DNA from: Candidatus Latescibacterota bacterium
GTDB lineage: Bacteria > Latescibacterota > UBA2968 > UBA8231
Assembly: GCA_965204725.1 (NCBI GenBank)
Contig: OZ242005.1
Span: forward strand, 4,064,001 to 4,128,000
Direction of reading: 5' to 3'
Length of the DNA: 64,000 bases
Shown: one piece after another, positions 37,977 through 47,796 of the stretch
Layout of the letters: the number at the start of each line of letters is the position of its first letter
Position numbering within the stretch: position 1 is the first letter of the stretch
Notes under the pieces: model-generated
Database searches by the model: none
The model's input: the letters and a program-made list of their open reading frames with translations, nothing else
What the model was told of the DNA's origin: nothing
Translations under genes and position numbers: made by a program

Positions 37977-38759
37977 TCACCCCCGCCACACCCTCGTCCG
38001 CAGCCCTTCAATCCCCTCGCTCAAGGCGCGGCGATAGAGCCACAAGTCGCCGCCATAGGCTATGCAGCGAAAGCCGCGGCGCAGCATCTCCGTTCCCTCC
38101 TCAATGGTATTGACCAAATAGCCCGCGGCCTTGCCGTGGCGCTCGCAAGCAGCGATGACGCGCTCAAGGGCGGCGGTGAACTCGGGGTGGTCAAACTGCC
38201 CGGAAATCCCCAAGAAGTTGCTTAGGTCAAAGCCCCCAATCCACAGCACATCAATCTCTTCTATAGCGGCAATGCGCTCTACGTTTTCGAGCCCGGGGCG
38301 GTTTTCAATCTGAGCGATCAGCAGGCCCTCGGCGTTGGCGTGGTCAATTTTGCCAACGATGGAGCCTTGGGCGAAGTGGTCGTGAGCAATCTGAAAGGCC
38401 GCGCCGCGCTGGCCTAGGGGCGGGTACTTGCCCGACTGCACGATGACCTCGGCCTGCTGGGCGTCGCTAACCATCGGCACCATGACCCCTCGCGCCCCCA
38501 CATCGAGGACGCGGGCGATGAAGTGATATTGGGTCGCCGGCACTCGCACAAAAGGCTCGATGTGGTCGGAGTTGGTGGTGGCAATCAGGTCGCGCACCGT
38601 CTCGACGCTCCAGCCGGTGTGCTCCATGTCGTACATAATGAATTCAGCACCAGCCTCGGCAGAGAGCCGGGCAATGCCCGAAGTACAAAACTCAAGGGTC
38701 ATGGTGCCAATGACAGTGCCGCCCTCTTTGAGGGTGCGCTTGACTTTGTTGGGTTTCAT
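37977..38759 (-). CDS. HpcH/HpaI aldolase family protein
   Basis: DMEH, LDVGARGVMVP, KYPP.GQRG and AQIE motifs; ATG 38759. Confidence 0.92.
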   Translation of the reverse strand: MKPNKVKRTLKEGGTVIGTMTLEFCTSGIARLSAEAGAEFIMYDMEHTGWSVETVRDLIATTNSDHIEPFVRVPATQYHFIARVLDVGARGVMVPMVSDAQQAEVIVQSGKYPPLGQRGAAFQIAHDHFAQGSIVGKIDHANAEGLLIAQIENRPGLENVERIAAIEEIDVLWIGGFDLSNFLGISGQFDHPEFTAALERVIAACERHGKAAGYLVNTIEEGTEMLRRGFRCIAYGGDLWLYRRALSEGIEGLRTRVWRG

Positions 38760-39799
38760 CCGATAGCTCGATAGCGGTTCAGTTTTTCTTTGAGACGGGG
38801 ATGCTCGGCCACTTGGGGATTGACCGGGTATTCGGGCAAGCGACCAGAGGCGACCGCTAGGATGCTGCGGCAGGCACTGCGGCCAATGAGGCGGAAACAC
38901 TCATCGGTCCAACAAAGCCCGTGCGGAGCGACGATGGTCTGATCGGTGAGGGCCAGCACAGGATCGTCTTGGGATACAGGCTCTGTTTCAAAGACATCGA
39001 GGCCAGCCCCGGCGATCTGTCCCCGTTGGAGGGCGCGAGTGAGGGCCTGCTGATCGACGATGGGGCCGCGGGCTGCGTTGATGAGGTAAGCACTTTCCTT
39101 CATCAGCGAGAGCGCACGCTCGTCAATGAGGTGATGGGTCTCCTCAGTAAGGGCGCAGCAGATACAGACATAATCGGCGCGTTGCAGCAACGAGTCGAGC
39201 TCAACCGGTTCGGCCCCAGCGGCGCGTGCTTGTACCGCATCAACGAAAGGGTCAGCGGCAATGCAGCGAATGCCGAAGGGCTTGGCTAAGGTGCAGATCT
39301 CGCGGCCGATATTGCCTAGGCCGACCAGCCCCAGCGTGCGGTCGGTGACGCCCATGCCCATGTAGTCAAGCCGCTCGTTCCAGCGGCCCTCGCGCACCAA
39401 GCGATCCTTGGCCAGCATCCTGTGACTGAGGGCCAACAGGTACGTCAGAGCCATGACAGCCACAGGCCGGCGCACACCGTCGGGAGTAATCGTCAACAGC
39501 ACACCCCGCTCGTTGCAGGCCGCGACGTCGACGCTGTCGTAGCCAACGCCGAAGCGGGCGACGATCGCCAGCTTGTCTGCTCCCTGCAAGGTCTGGGCAC
39601 TGATTGTCGAGGTGAGGACCAGCAAGCCATCGTAGCTGCGGATCTGGTCGGGGCGCAACTCGGTGGTGTTTTCCGCTAGAAACTCCCACTCGACCTTGGG
39701 GGATTCGTCGAGCAGGTCGAGACCAATGTCGCCAAAGCCGAGGGTGCCGTCGGCCTTGAGAAAGTCGCGGGTGACGCCTATGCGAAAGGTTGCAGCCAT
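38756..39799 (-). CDS. D-isomer-specific 2-hydroxyacid dehydrogenase
   Basis: RFGVGYD.VD, GLVGLGNIG, LINAARG, LDVFE.EP and APH motifs. Confidence 0.93.
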   Translation of the reverse strand: MAATFRIGVTRDFLKADGTLGFGDIGLDLLDESPKVEWEFLAENTTELRPDQIRSYDGLLVLTSTISAQTLQGADKLAIVARFGVGYDSVDVAACNERGVLLTITPDGVRRPVAVMALTYLLALSHRMLAKDRLVREGRWNERLDYMGMGVTDRTLGLVGLGNIGREICTLAKPFGIRCIAADPFVDAVQARAAGAEPVELDSLLQRADYVCICCALTEETHHLIDERALSLMKESAYLINAARGPIVDQQALTRALQRGQIAGAGLDVFETEPVSQDDPVLALTDQTIVAPHGLCWTDECFRLIGRSACRSILAVASGRLPEYPVNPQVAEHPRLKEKLNRYRAIG

Positions 39800-39996
39800 G
39801 GCGACAAACAAGATAGGGTCTGACGGGCAGCTATCAAGGGGGGAGTCGGCTGTATAGGAAAGGGATCACCTTGTCTGCCATTAGATACAGAAAGAGGCAA
39901 TAAGACAGCGATCCCTTCAGAGAAAAAGGGGTGGCTCGCATTTTGCTTATCTATTCCTGTTGCCTACTTTAACCCTAATCAAGGAGCAATACCGGG

Positions 39997-40419
39997 ATGA
40001 CCCCTGAAACATCTGAGATCACCACCCGCGACGTATTACAGCAGATCAACCGCCGCTTGGAGTTGATTGAAAGCGATGTGCGAGCCGTCAGCGAGAAGCA
40101 GGATGCGTCGGTTCAGACGCTGCACTATAAGAATGCCGCGTCCGTGCAGACGCTTCGAGAGGAAAATACCGTGTCCCATCGGAGCCTGCACGAGAAAATC
40201 GACACGTCCTTTCAGCTCCTCCGAGAGGAAAGGGCCGCGTCCTATCGGAGCCTGCACGAGAAAATCGACGCGGTAGAGCGCAATATGCTCAACAAGTACG
40301 ACGCGACTATGCGCGACTTACACGACAAGCTCGATACCTATTTCCGCTGGACCATCGGCATCGTCCTAGCTAGCTGGCTATCCACCATGGGCGCGATCCT
40401 GTTCAAAGGATTCCTGTAG
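39997..40419 (+). CDS. Repeat-containing coiled-coil protein with C-terminal TM anchor
   Basis: AAGGAG SD; ASVQTL and RSLHEKID repeats; YFRWTIGIVLASWL TM. Confidence 0.7.
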   Translation: MTPETSEITTRDVLQQINRRLELIESDVRAVSEKQDASVQTLHYKNAASVQTLREENTVSHRSLHEKIDTSFQLLREERAASYRSLHEKIDAVERNMLNKYDATMRDLHDKLDTYFRWTIGIVLASWLSTMGAILFKGFL

Positions 40420-40511
40420 CCCATCCTTCTTCCCAGTTCCTGCCATCGCCTGAAGTCTTCGGCCTTCACGCCGCCTCGCTAGTCGGGCCGCCGCCCCTCG
40501 CGCTTTATCTG

Positions 40512-40623
40512 TTAAGGGCCGATGCGCTCTAAAGCCACGGCCGCGTTGGCCCGGGCGTAGCAATCCTCGTCGTCGAGGGCGCGGGTGAGCTGGGGCACGG
40601 TGTCGGACGCTATGGTGCCCAAA
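40512..40623 (-). pseudogene. HEAT/PBS-lyase repeat relic
   Basis: Translates as LGTIASDTVPQLTRALDDEDCYARANAAVALERIGP*. Confidence 0.45.
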
Positions 40624-40655
40624 AAACCAGCTTTTTCTCAGACAAAGGAGGGATT

Positions 40656-42428
40656 GTGTCGGGTCTGGATTACGCGCTGATGGTGCTCTATATGCTCTTC
40701 TTGGTGGGGATGGGACTGTACTATAGGAAATTCGCCCAAGAAAGCATGGAAAACTACTTCCTCGGTGGGCGCAAGATGAAGGGGTGGATGAGCGGCACTA
40801 GCTATGCGGTCACCTGCATGAACGCCGACGTAGCACCGGCGTATTGCGGCATGACGGTCATCACCGGGACCTTTATCTGCTGGTGGTATCTGAGTCGCTT
40901 CGGGCTGGCACTGATGATTGGTGGGTTGCTCTTTGCCGCGTGTTGGCGGCGGTTGAAAATTTTTACCTCGCCGGAATTTTACGAACTCCGCTTCGGCGGT
41001 GCGGCCGCGCCGACGATGCGCGCTTGGGTCTCGCTGCGCAGCGCCTTTGTCGCAGTGGTAGCTTGGACCGGAGCCGGGCTTTTGGGGCTGACGAAAGTAT
41101 CCGAGGCCCTCTTGGGCTGGTCGCGCTTTGAGACCTTTTTGCTCGTCATTCCAATCATCTTGGTCTATGTGGTGCTCTCCGGCTATATGGGCGTGGTGAT
41201 GTCGGATTTGATCCAGACCGCAGTCATGATCGCGTCCTCGCTGGTGCTGATGGGCTTGGTCTGGGCCGACTTCGGCGGGCCGACGGGCCTCTACCAAGCG
41301 CTGGTGACCCAGTTCGGGGAAGGGGTCGTTAGCTGGCATCCGCCGATGAGTCACGAACTTTTGGGGGTGGTGGGGATTATCGCCTGGACCATGGGGACCG
41401 CTATAGGCTACGGCGGCGACGTGGCCCCGATGGCCGGAGCGATGGAGGGCCAGCGGCTGCTCTCGTGTCGCAACAGCCGCGAGGCGACGCGGATGTACGT
41501 CTGGACTGAGATCGCGCTTTTCCTAATGCTGGCCGTGCTGACCCTGCCGGCACTGGGAGCGATGGTCAAATGGCCGGGCCTGTACGACGGCAGCATGGAC
41601 AAGGAGCTGGCCTACGGTCTCTTGTTGGGCCACTACCTGCCCTCGGGGCTGCTAGGGCTGGCGTTGGTGGCGATGTTTGCCTCGATCATGTCCACGGTGG
41701 ACTCCAACATGAACTTCGGAGCCCAAGTCTTTATCAACGACGTGTATCGGCGCTTTATCAAGCACGGTGCTGGGATGGGGCACTACATGAGCGTCGGTCG
41801 GGTGGTGATGCTGGCCATCATGGGTCTCTCGCTGGGGGTCGCACTCCAAGCCGAGAATGTCATCGACATCGCGGTCTTCATGCTCGGGCTTTCCTCGGCC
41901 GAACTGACGGCCAACTGGGGCCAGTGGTGGTGGTGGCGCTTCAACGGCGCGGCGCGGCTGGCGGCCTCTTTCGGCGGGCCGCTGGTCTTTCTCTCAAACA
42001 AGTACGTGGTTTTCGCCCATTGGATCGACGCGGGGCAGGATGCGGCCTATATGGTGGTACTCTCGTCAATTGCCGCGACGTGCTTGCTCTGGGTCGCGGT
42101 GGCACTCTGCACCGAGCCGGAGCCCGAGGAAAAGCTCTTGGCCTTCTACAAAGAGGCTAGGCCGATGGGATGGTGGGGGCCGATCGCGCAGAAGGCGGGA
42201 GTTGAGACCGGCGGCGGCAGACCGATCGCACACGGCTTGGGGCTTGCCCTGCTTGGTGCGGTCGCCGTGGGAGGAGGCGTTATCGGCTTTTCGGGGCTTT
42301 ACGTGGGGCGTTGGACTGTGGCGTTGGTCGGGGGGGTGGTCGCACTGGTGCTGGGAGCAGCGTTGCGCGGAGCATACACTCGCTATATGCGCCGAGTCGT
42401 CATTGCGCCGGAGCGAGTCGATTTGTAG
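40656..42428 (+). CDS. Sodium:solute symporter family protein
   Basis: ENYFLGGR, EFYELRFG, GVVMSD.IQ and ASIMSTVDS..N motifs; many TM helices. Confidence 0.9.
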   Translation: MSGLDYALMVLYMLFLVGMGLYYRKFAQESMENYFLGGRKMKGWMSGTSYAVTCMNADVAPAYCGMTVITGTFICWWYLSRFGLALMIGGLLFAACWRRLKIFTSPEFYELRFGGAAAPTMRAWVSLRSAFVAVVAWTGAGLLGLTKVSEALLGWSRFETFLLVIPIILVYVVLSGYMGVVMSDLIQTAVMIASSLVLMGLVWADFGGPTGLYQALVTQFGEGVVSWHPPMSHELLGVVGIIAWTMGTAIGYGGDVAPMAGAMEGQRLLSCRNSREATRMYVWTEIALFLMLAVLTLPALGAMVKWPGLYDGSMDKELAYGLLLGHYLPSGLLGLALVAMFASIMSTVDSNMNFGAQVFINDVYRRFIKHGAGMGHYMSVGRVVMLAIMGLSLGVALQAENVIDIAVFMLGLSSAELTANWGQWWWWRFNGAARLAASFGGPLVFLSNKYVVFAHWIDAGQDAAYMVVLSSIAATCLLWVAVALCTEPEPEEKLLAFYKEARPMGWWGPIAQKAGVETGGGRPIAHGLGLALLGAVAVGGGVIGFSGLYVGRWTVALVGGVVALVLGAALRGAYTRYMRRVVIAPERVDL

Positions 42429-42437
42429 CATACATCT

Positions 42438-44867
42438 ATGGCCACCGTCGTCCTCACCGAAAAGCCGAGTGTAGCGCGCGACATTGCCCGCGTCCTCGGC
42501 GCCAGCAAACGCGGCCAAGGCTACGTCGAAGGCAACGGCTACATCGTCACCTCGGCACTAGGGCACCTCGTGCAATTCGCTGAGCCAGACGAGTACGGCC
42601 CGCCTTGGAATGGCCGCTGGTCCTTTACCCAACTGCCCATGATCCCCGAGCAGTGGAAGCTCAAGACGACGCGCTCGACCTCCGACCAATACCAAATCGT
42701 CAAAAAATTGCTCAACAGCCCACAGACGGAGCGCGTCATCTGCGCGACGGACGCCGGGCGCGAGGGCGAGCACATCTTTCGCCTGATCTACGAGCACGCC
42801 CGTTGCAAAAAGCCGGTTGACAGGCTGTGGATTTCGAGCCTGACCGACGAGGCCATTCGGACCGGCTTCCGCGCCTTGCAGGAGGGGGGGGCCTTCGATC
42901 CGCTCGCGGCGGCCGCGCGGGCGCGCAGCCAAGCCGACTGGCTGATGGGCATGAACCTGACCCGCGCCTATACCGTCCACAACAACGCGCTCTGCACCAT
43001 TGGCCGAGTGCAGACGCCGACCTTGTCCATGGTGGTCAAGCGCGATGCGGCGATTGCCAGCTTTGTAAAGGCGTACTTTTACGAGTTGGTGGCGCAGCTA
43101 GCAGAGGGGTTTGCCGCCAAGTACTGCAAGGATGGCCAGACGCGCATTGACTCGAAAGAGGAAGCCGAGCGCCTGCATCGCCAGCTCAGCCCCAACAAGG
43201 TCGGCACCGTCCGCAAAATTGAGCAGAAAGTCAAAAAACACCGGCCACCCGCCCTCTACGACCTCAACAACCTCCAGCGCGACGCCAACCGCTGCTTTGG
43301 CTTTACCGCGGCGCAAACCCTCGAGCGCGCCCAAGCCCTATACGAAACCCACAAGCTCATCACGTACCCCCGCACCGAGAGCCGCCACCTCTCCGAGGAC
43401 ATGGTGCCCAAGTTGCCCGGCATCCTAGAAAAACTAACGCACCCGCAGGCCGGGGCTGCGCTGGCGCGTCTGCGCGGCGGGCACCGGCTCGGCCGGGCCT
43501 ATGTAGATCGCACCAAGCTCACCGATCACCACGCCATTATTCCCACCGGGCAACGGCCCGCCCCCAATCTGGCCCCAGACTTACAGAAGGTGTACGACCT
43601 AATCGTGGCGCGCTTTGTCGGCGTCTTCCTGCCCGACCAAGTGGTTGAGGAGACCACGGTACTCATCGACATCGGCGGTGCCGACTTTGTGGCCAAAGGG
43701 TCTGTCGTCTTAGAGGCGGGGTGGACGGTGGTAGCCATGCGGCCTCCAGACGCGGCAAAGGAGCAGCGACAGGCACTCCCGCCGTTGCAACGAGGTCAGC
43801 AAGTTCGCGTAACGAGCATGGATGTGGTCGAGAAGGAAACCCAGCCGCCGCGACCCTACACCGACGCCACGCTCCTAGCGGCCATGAAAAACGCCGGCCG
43901 CGAAATCGAGGACGACGAATTGGCCGCGGCCATGAAGGAATCCGGGTTGGGCACGCCGGCCACGCGAGCCGAGACCATCGAAAAGCTGATTCGCACCGGC
44001 TACGTCGCCCGCGACCGCAAGGCGATCACCTCAACAGAGAAGGGTAAAGCACTGGTGAGCTTGGTGGCCGAACCGCTGCGTAGCCCGGAGCTGACGGCCG
44101 AATGGGAGCAGCAGCTCAAGGAAGTTGAGGAGGGGCAGCGTCCAGCGGCGAAATTCTACGCAGAGATCGCCGACTTAGTGCGGGCACTGGTGCCCAAAGT
44201 CCAGCAGGGGCCGGCACTCTCGCCCGAGCAAGCGGCCGCGGCACAAGGCAAAAAGAGGGGGCGCGGCAAAGCGTTGGGGCCTTGTCCCAAGTGCAAAGAG
44301 GGCCGAGTAGTAGAAAACGCCAAGGCGTACGGATGCAGTCGCTACCGGGAGGGCTGCGACCTAACAGTCTGGAAGACGGTGGCGCGCAAGCGGCTGACCG
44401 AAAAGCAGGCGCAGTTGTTGATAGCCAAGGGCCGCACCGAAAAGATGCAGGGCTTTACGTCCAAGGCCGGCAAAAAGTTTGCGGCGCGGCTCAAATTCGA
44501 CGATGCGTTCAAGGTCGTCTTTGATTTTGACGATCCGCCGCGGAATGGTGCGGCTAGGTCGGAGGGACGCGAGAGGCCGCCCGAGCCGACCGCCGCCCTC
44601 ACCTGCCCCAAGTGCCGGCAGGGCCAAATCATCGAGGGCCAGCGCGGCTTTGGCTGCAACCGCTATCGCGAGGGGTGCGACTTTGTGGTGTGGAAGGAAA
44701 TGGCCGGTAAGAAGTTGACCGCAAAGCAAATCCACACCTTGATCGCCAAAGGCAAAACCGGCGTGATCAAGGGCTTCAAGAGCAAAAAGGGCCACAAATT
44801 CGACGCGCGGTTGAAGCTCGGGCCGGAGTGCAAGGCCGCGTTTGATTTTCCCGCTGGGGTGCGCTGA
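42438..44867 (+). CDS. topB: DNA topoisomerase III (type IA) with C-terminal zinc ribbons
   Basis: EKPSVARDIA, ATDAGREGE, GRVQTPTL, ITYPRT (catalytic Tyr) and GLGTPATRA motifs; two CPKC...GC..Y..GC modules. Confidence 0.93.
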   Translation: MATVVLTEKPSVARDIARVLGASKRGQGYVEGNGYIVTSALGHLVQFAEPDEYGPPWNGRWSFTQLPMIPEQWKLKTTRSTSDQYQIVKKLLNSPQTERVICATDAGREGEHIFRLIYEHARCKKPVDRLWISSLTDEAIRTGFRALQEGGAFDPLAAAARARSQADWLMGMNLTRAYTVHNNALCTIGRVQTPTLSMVVKRDAAIASFVKAYFYELVAQLAEGFAAKYCKDGQTRIDSKEEAERLHRQLSPNKVGTVRKIEQKVKKHRPPALYDLNNLQRDANRCFGFTAAQTLERAQALYETHKLITYPRTESRHLSEDMVPKLPGILEKLTHPQAGAALARLRGGHRLGRAYVDRTKLTDHHAIIPTGQRPAPNLAPDLQKVYDLIVARFVGVFLPDQVVEETTVLIDIGGADFVAKGSVVLEAGWTVVAMRPPDAAKEQRQALPPLQRGQQVRVTSMDVVEKETQPPRPYTDATLLAAMKNAGREIEDDELAAAMKESGLGTPATRAETIEKLIRTGYVARDRKAITSTEKGKALVSLVAEPLRSPELTAEWEQQLKEVEEGQRPAAKFYAEIADLVRALVPKVQQGPALSPEQAAAAQGKKRGRGKALGPCPKCKEGRVVENAKAYGCSRYREGCDLTVWKTVARKRLTEKQAQLLIAKGRTEKMQGFTSKAGKKFAARLKFDDAFKVVFDFDDPPRNGAARSEGRERPPEPTAALTCPKCRQGQIIEGQRGFGCNRYREGCDFVVWKEMAGKKLTAKQIHTLIAKGKTGVIKGFKSKKGHKFDARLKLGPECKAAFDFPAGVR

Positions 44868-44868
44868 C

Positions 44869-45447
44869 ATGGCTCTTCAACGCTGTCCGTGGCTCGACCT
44901 CGACAAGCCCGATTACGTCGCGTACCACGACCGCGAGTGGGGAGTCCCCGTTCACGACGACCGCAAGCACTTTGAGTTTCTCACCCTCGAGTCCGCCCAA
45001 GCCGGGCTCAGTTGGTACACCGTCCTCCGCAAGCGCGCCAACTACCGCCAAGCCTTCGCCGAGTTCGACCCTGCCCAAGTCGCTCGCTTTAGCGCGGCCA
45101 AAATCGAGCAGATGCTCCAAGACCCCGGACTGATTCGCAATCGCCGCAAGATCAACGCGGCCGTTGAAAACGCTCGGCACTTCCTCGCCGTGCAGGACGA
45201 ATTCGGCAGCTTCAACGCCTACGTTTGGCGCTTTGTCCGGGGCCAGCCCATGGTCAACGAGTTTCGCACCCTCGCCGACTTACCGGCCACCAGCCGCGAA
45301 TCCGACGCCTTGAGCAAAGACCTCAAGAGCCGCGGCTTCAAATTCATCGGCTCAACCGTCATCTACGCCCACATGCAGGCCACCGGCATGGTCAACGACC
45401 ACGTACTCGGCTGCTTCCGCCGCGCCCAGATCCTCAACGCGGGGTAG
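44869..45447 (+). CDS. tag: DNA-3-methyladenine glycosylase I
   Basis: RCPW, YHD.EWG.P, LESAQAGLSW and MQATGMVNDH...C motifs. Confidence 0.95.
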   Translation: MALQRCPWLDLDKPDYVAYHDREWGVPVHDDRKHFEFLTLESAQAGLSWYTVLRKRANYRQAFAEFDPAQVARFSAAKIEQMLQDPGLIRNRRKINAAVENARHFLAVQDEFGSFNAYVWRFVRGQPMVNEFRTLADLPATSRESDALSKDLKSRGFKFIGSTVIYAHMQATGMVNDHVLGCFRRAQILNAG

Positions 45448-45470
45448 GCACATCCCACAGGAGAAATCCC

Positions 45471-46271
45471 ATGCTCAGCAGCGAACAATACCAGCACTTT
45501 CAGACCTTTGGCTTCGTCGTCCTGCGCCCGTTTTTCACCGCTGACGAGGTGGCCACCTTGAGCGCGGAGTTTGAAAAGGGCCTCGACCTCGCTTATGCAC
45601 ACCGCCCCTTCGACAGCTCTGAGCGCCATTGGGTGCCGCAAATGGGGCCGAGCACGCCCTTGTACGCCAGCTTGCTAGAGGACGAGCGCTTCTTGGTCAA
45701 TTACCGCGCAGCTCTACGGCGCGGATGCCTTTGCCGTGGGCGTAGATGCCAACCGCTACATCGGCGACACCCGCTGGCACCCCGATCACCGCGTCGATCC
45801 CACCGAAGACTGCTACGGGATCAAGTTTGCCTTCTATCTCGATGCGGTCGGCCCGGATACGGGTGCCCTGCGCCTCGTGCCCGGCTCGCACAAAAACCCG
45901 CTGCACGATGACCTGCGGGCATACATTCAAGGGCAGGGCTTGGAGTTGGCAGACATCCCCTCGTGTGCGCCTACCCCTCCGAGCCGGGCGACGTCGTCGC
46001 CTTTGACGTGCGCTGCTGGCACGCCAGCTTTGGCGGGCGACGGGGACGCCGCATGAGTACCTGCGTGTACTACAAAAACCCCGAGACCCCAGCGCAAGAA
46101 CGAGCCGCCCGCCAACGCGCCCAAAAAAGCCATCAAGCACCCGCGCAATACCACCGCCCCGGCGACCCGCTCATCCACCCCCATTGGATCGCCAATCACT
46201 CGGGCAGCCCCTTGCGCCAACGCTGGATTGAGCGGTTGGACGCCCTCGGATTCCTGCATTCGGCGGCCTGA
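45471..46271 (+). pseudogene. PhyH family dioxygenase broken by two frameshifts (about 45696 and 45965)
   Basis: Three consecutive segments: QHFQTFGFVVLR / WHPD...GALRLVPGSH / EPGDVVAFD...WHAS. Confidence 0.75.
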
Positions 46272-46434
46272 GCCTCGGGTTCGTAGGCGAAGCTAAACCA
46301 TTGTCGAATATCAACCTTACAGGTCACAGAAGTGTCGTCAACTTCAGCAAGCCGGTCACGGCAGTCGTCTTCCTCTGCCTCTGGCCCCGCTACGACCGAT
46401 CGAGGGTTCGGGGAGGTGGCCCTACAGATCGTCT

Positions 46435-47796
46435 CTACACTGCTCCTTCAATACCTTCATTGAAGTCGGACGTGGATTGAACCGTTGCACCCTCGCTTAC
46501 CGCATCCACATACGCCGCATCTATTGAAGTTACCCCTTCTTGGGCAGCACGACTGACCACCGAAGCCGCTGTAGTCAACAGAATGCGAGGATGTTGTCTA
46601 TTCTTCAATAGGGCCGCCACCCCTTCTTCAGTGAAGGGCTTAATGGTGCCACGGTCTCCGGGATTGTCCCGATAGTAGTCAAGGTGGGCAACTATGATCT
46701 CTCTGGCTTGGTCCGTACTTGGAAGCGGAAGTTCCACTGAATTGGGATCGCTAGGATCCAATCGGGCAACTCCTGCCAGCCCCGCTTCCCCCCAAGCTGC
46801 AGACAAGCCTACCGAGGCCTGTTGGTGGGTAGTCAGTACGCAAGAAAAAAAGTTGTGTGCTGTGTTTGCATATCCTGGGCGAACAGTGCATAGGGCGAAT
46901 TCCTTTGCGAACTCCACGCGATGTCTACGCGCCATTTGGTCGACAAGGTTCTCTATGTCATCAATAAAGAGATATCCTCCGGCAAAACCAGCGGATTTCA
47001 AGTAGAGGACTATGTCATTGAAAAGAAAATCGCGTGAGAGATCCAATAGCTTTGTGTCACGGGGAACATAGAACGGTTCGAGACTGTTGTCCTTTCTAAA
47101 GGACTTCAGATAGTCTTCAAACCCGCCTATGGCAAGAGCTGATGCTGATTCGGGTCGTATTCCTTCTGTAGTTAGCTGGTTCGTAACCTTTAGGTTCAGT
47201 TCCACAGCGTCTATCCCGTTGGCGTGCAATATGTCGTCAGCCAACAGATTAGCGAGATCTCGGGTTCCGTCTGGTTTTTTCTCAACCTGTTGAACTTCTT
47301 GGTCTGTCAGATGCTGCATTCGTAGAGCAGCCTGCGATGCTTTCAGTACGCCGCTTTTACACACATCGACCAATGCCGACAAAGCCAATTGCTCCATAAA
47401 GCGCCGGTCTACTTGGGAAGGAAAAGACACGTAAACCACCAGCGCAGAAAATTGTCCATCGAATTCCGTCCACCCCCAGTCTTGGTTGATACGCTGCCGA
47501 AAGTAACGGAGCAACGCAGTCTTTCCCATGCCTCGGCTCGACTCCGTGTCTCCCTTGGACCAAAGATAGGCAAGCCGAACTCTATTTTGGAAATCGTTGG
47601 GACGAATCAAAAGCTGCTCAAATTTTTCGATGCTTGGGCGCACCGGTCCCTCAGCATAAATGGTCCCATTACGCCGAGGGTCAGTATTATATGGGTCAGA
47701 GATAGCTACATTAGGAAATGGCAAGTCTTTCAGACCAAGTTTTTTGTAGGGAGAAGTCGTTTGTTGCAGGCCTTTCTTAGGTACTCTCAGCATCAT
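46435..47796 (-). CDS. P-loop NTPase, AAA+-like
   Basis: Walker A G.....RGMGKT; Walker B YLFIDDIE; LGL..LPF N-terminus; PFTEEGV...HPRILL lid; TAATG coupling. Confidence 0.8.
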   Translation of the reverse strand: MMLRVPKKGLQQTTSPYKKLGLKDLPFPNVAISDPYNTDPRRNGTIYAEGPVRPSIEKFEQLLIRPNDFQNRVRLAYLWSKGDTESSRGMGKTALLRYFRQRINQDWGWTEFDGQFSALVVYVSFPSQVDRRFMEQLALSALVDVCKSGVLKASQAALRMQHLTDQEVQQVEKKPDGTRDLANLLADDILHANGIDAVELNLKVTNQLTTEGIRPESASALAIGGFEDYLKSFRKDNSLEPFYVPRDTKLLDLSRDFLFNDIVLYLKSAGFAGGYLFIDDIENLVDQMARRHRVEFAKEFALCTVRPGYANTAHNFFSCVLTTHQQASVGLSAAWGEAGLAGVARLDPSDPNSVELPLPSTDQAREIIVAHLDYYRDNPGDRGTIKPFTEEGVAALLKNRQHPRILLTTAASVVSRAAQEGVTSIDAAYVDAVSEGATVQSTSDFNEGIEGAV

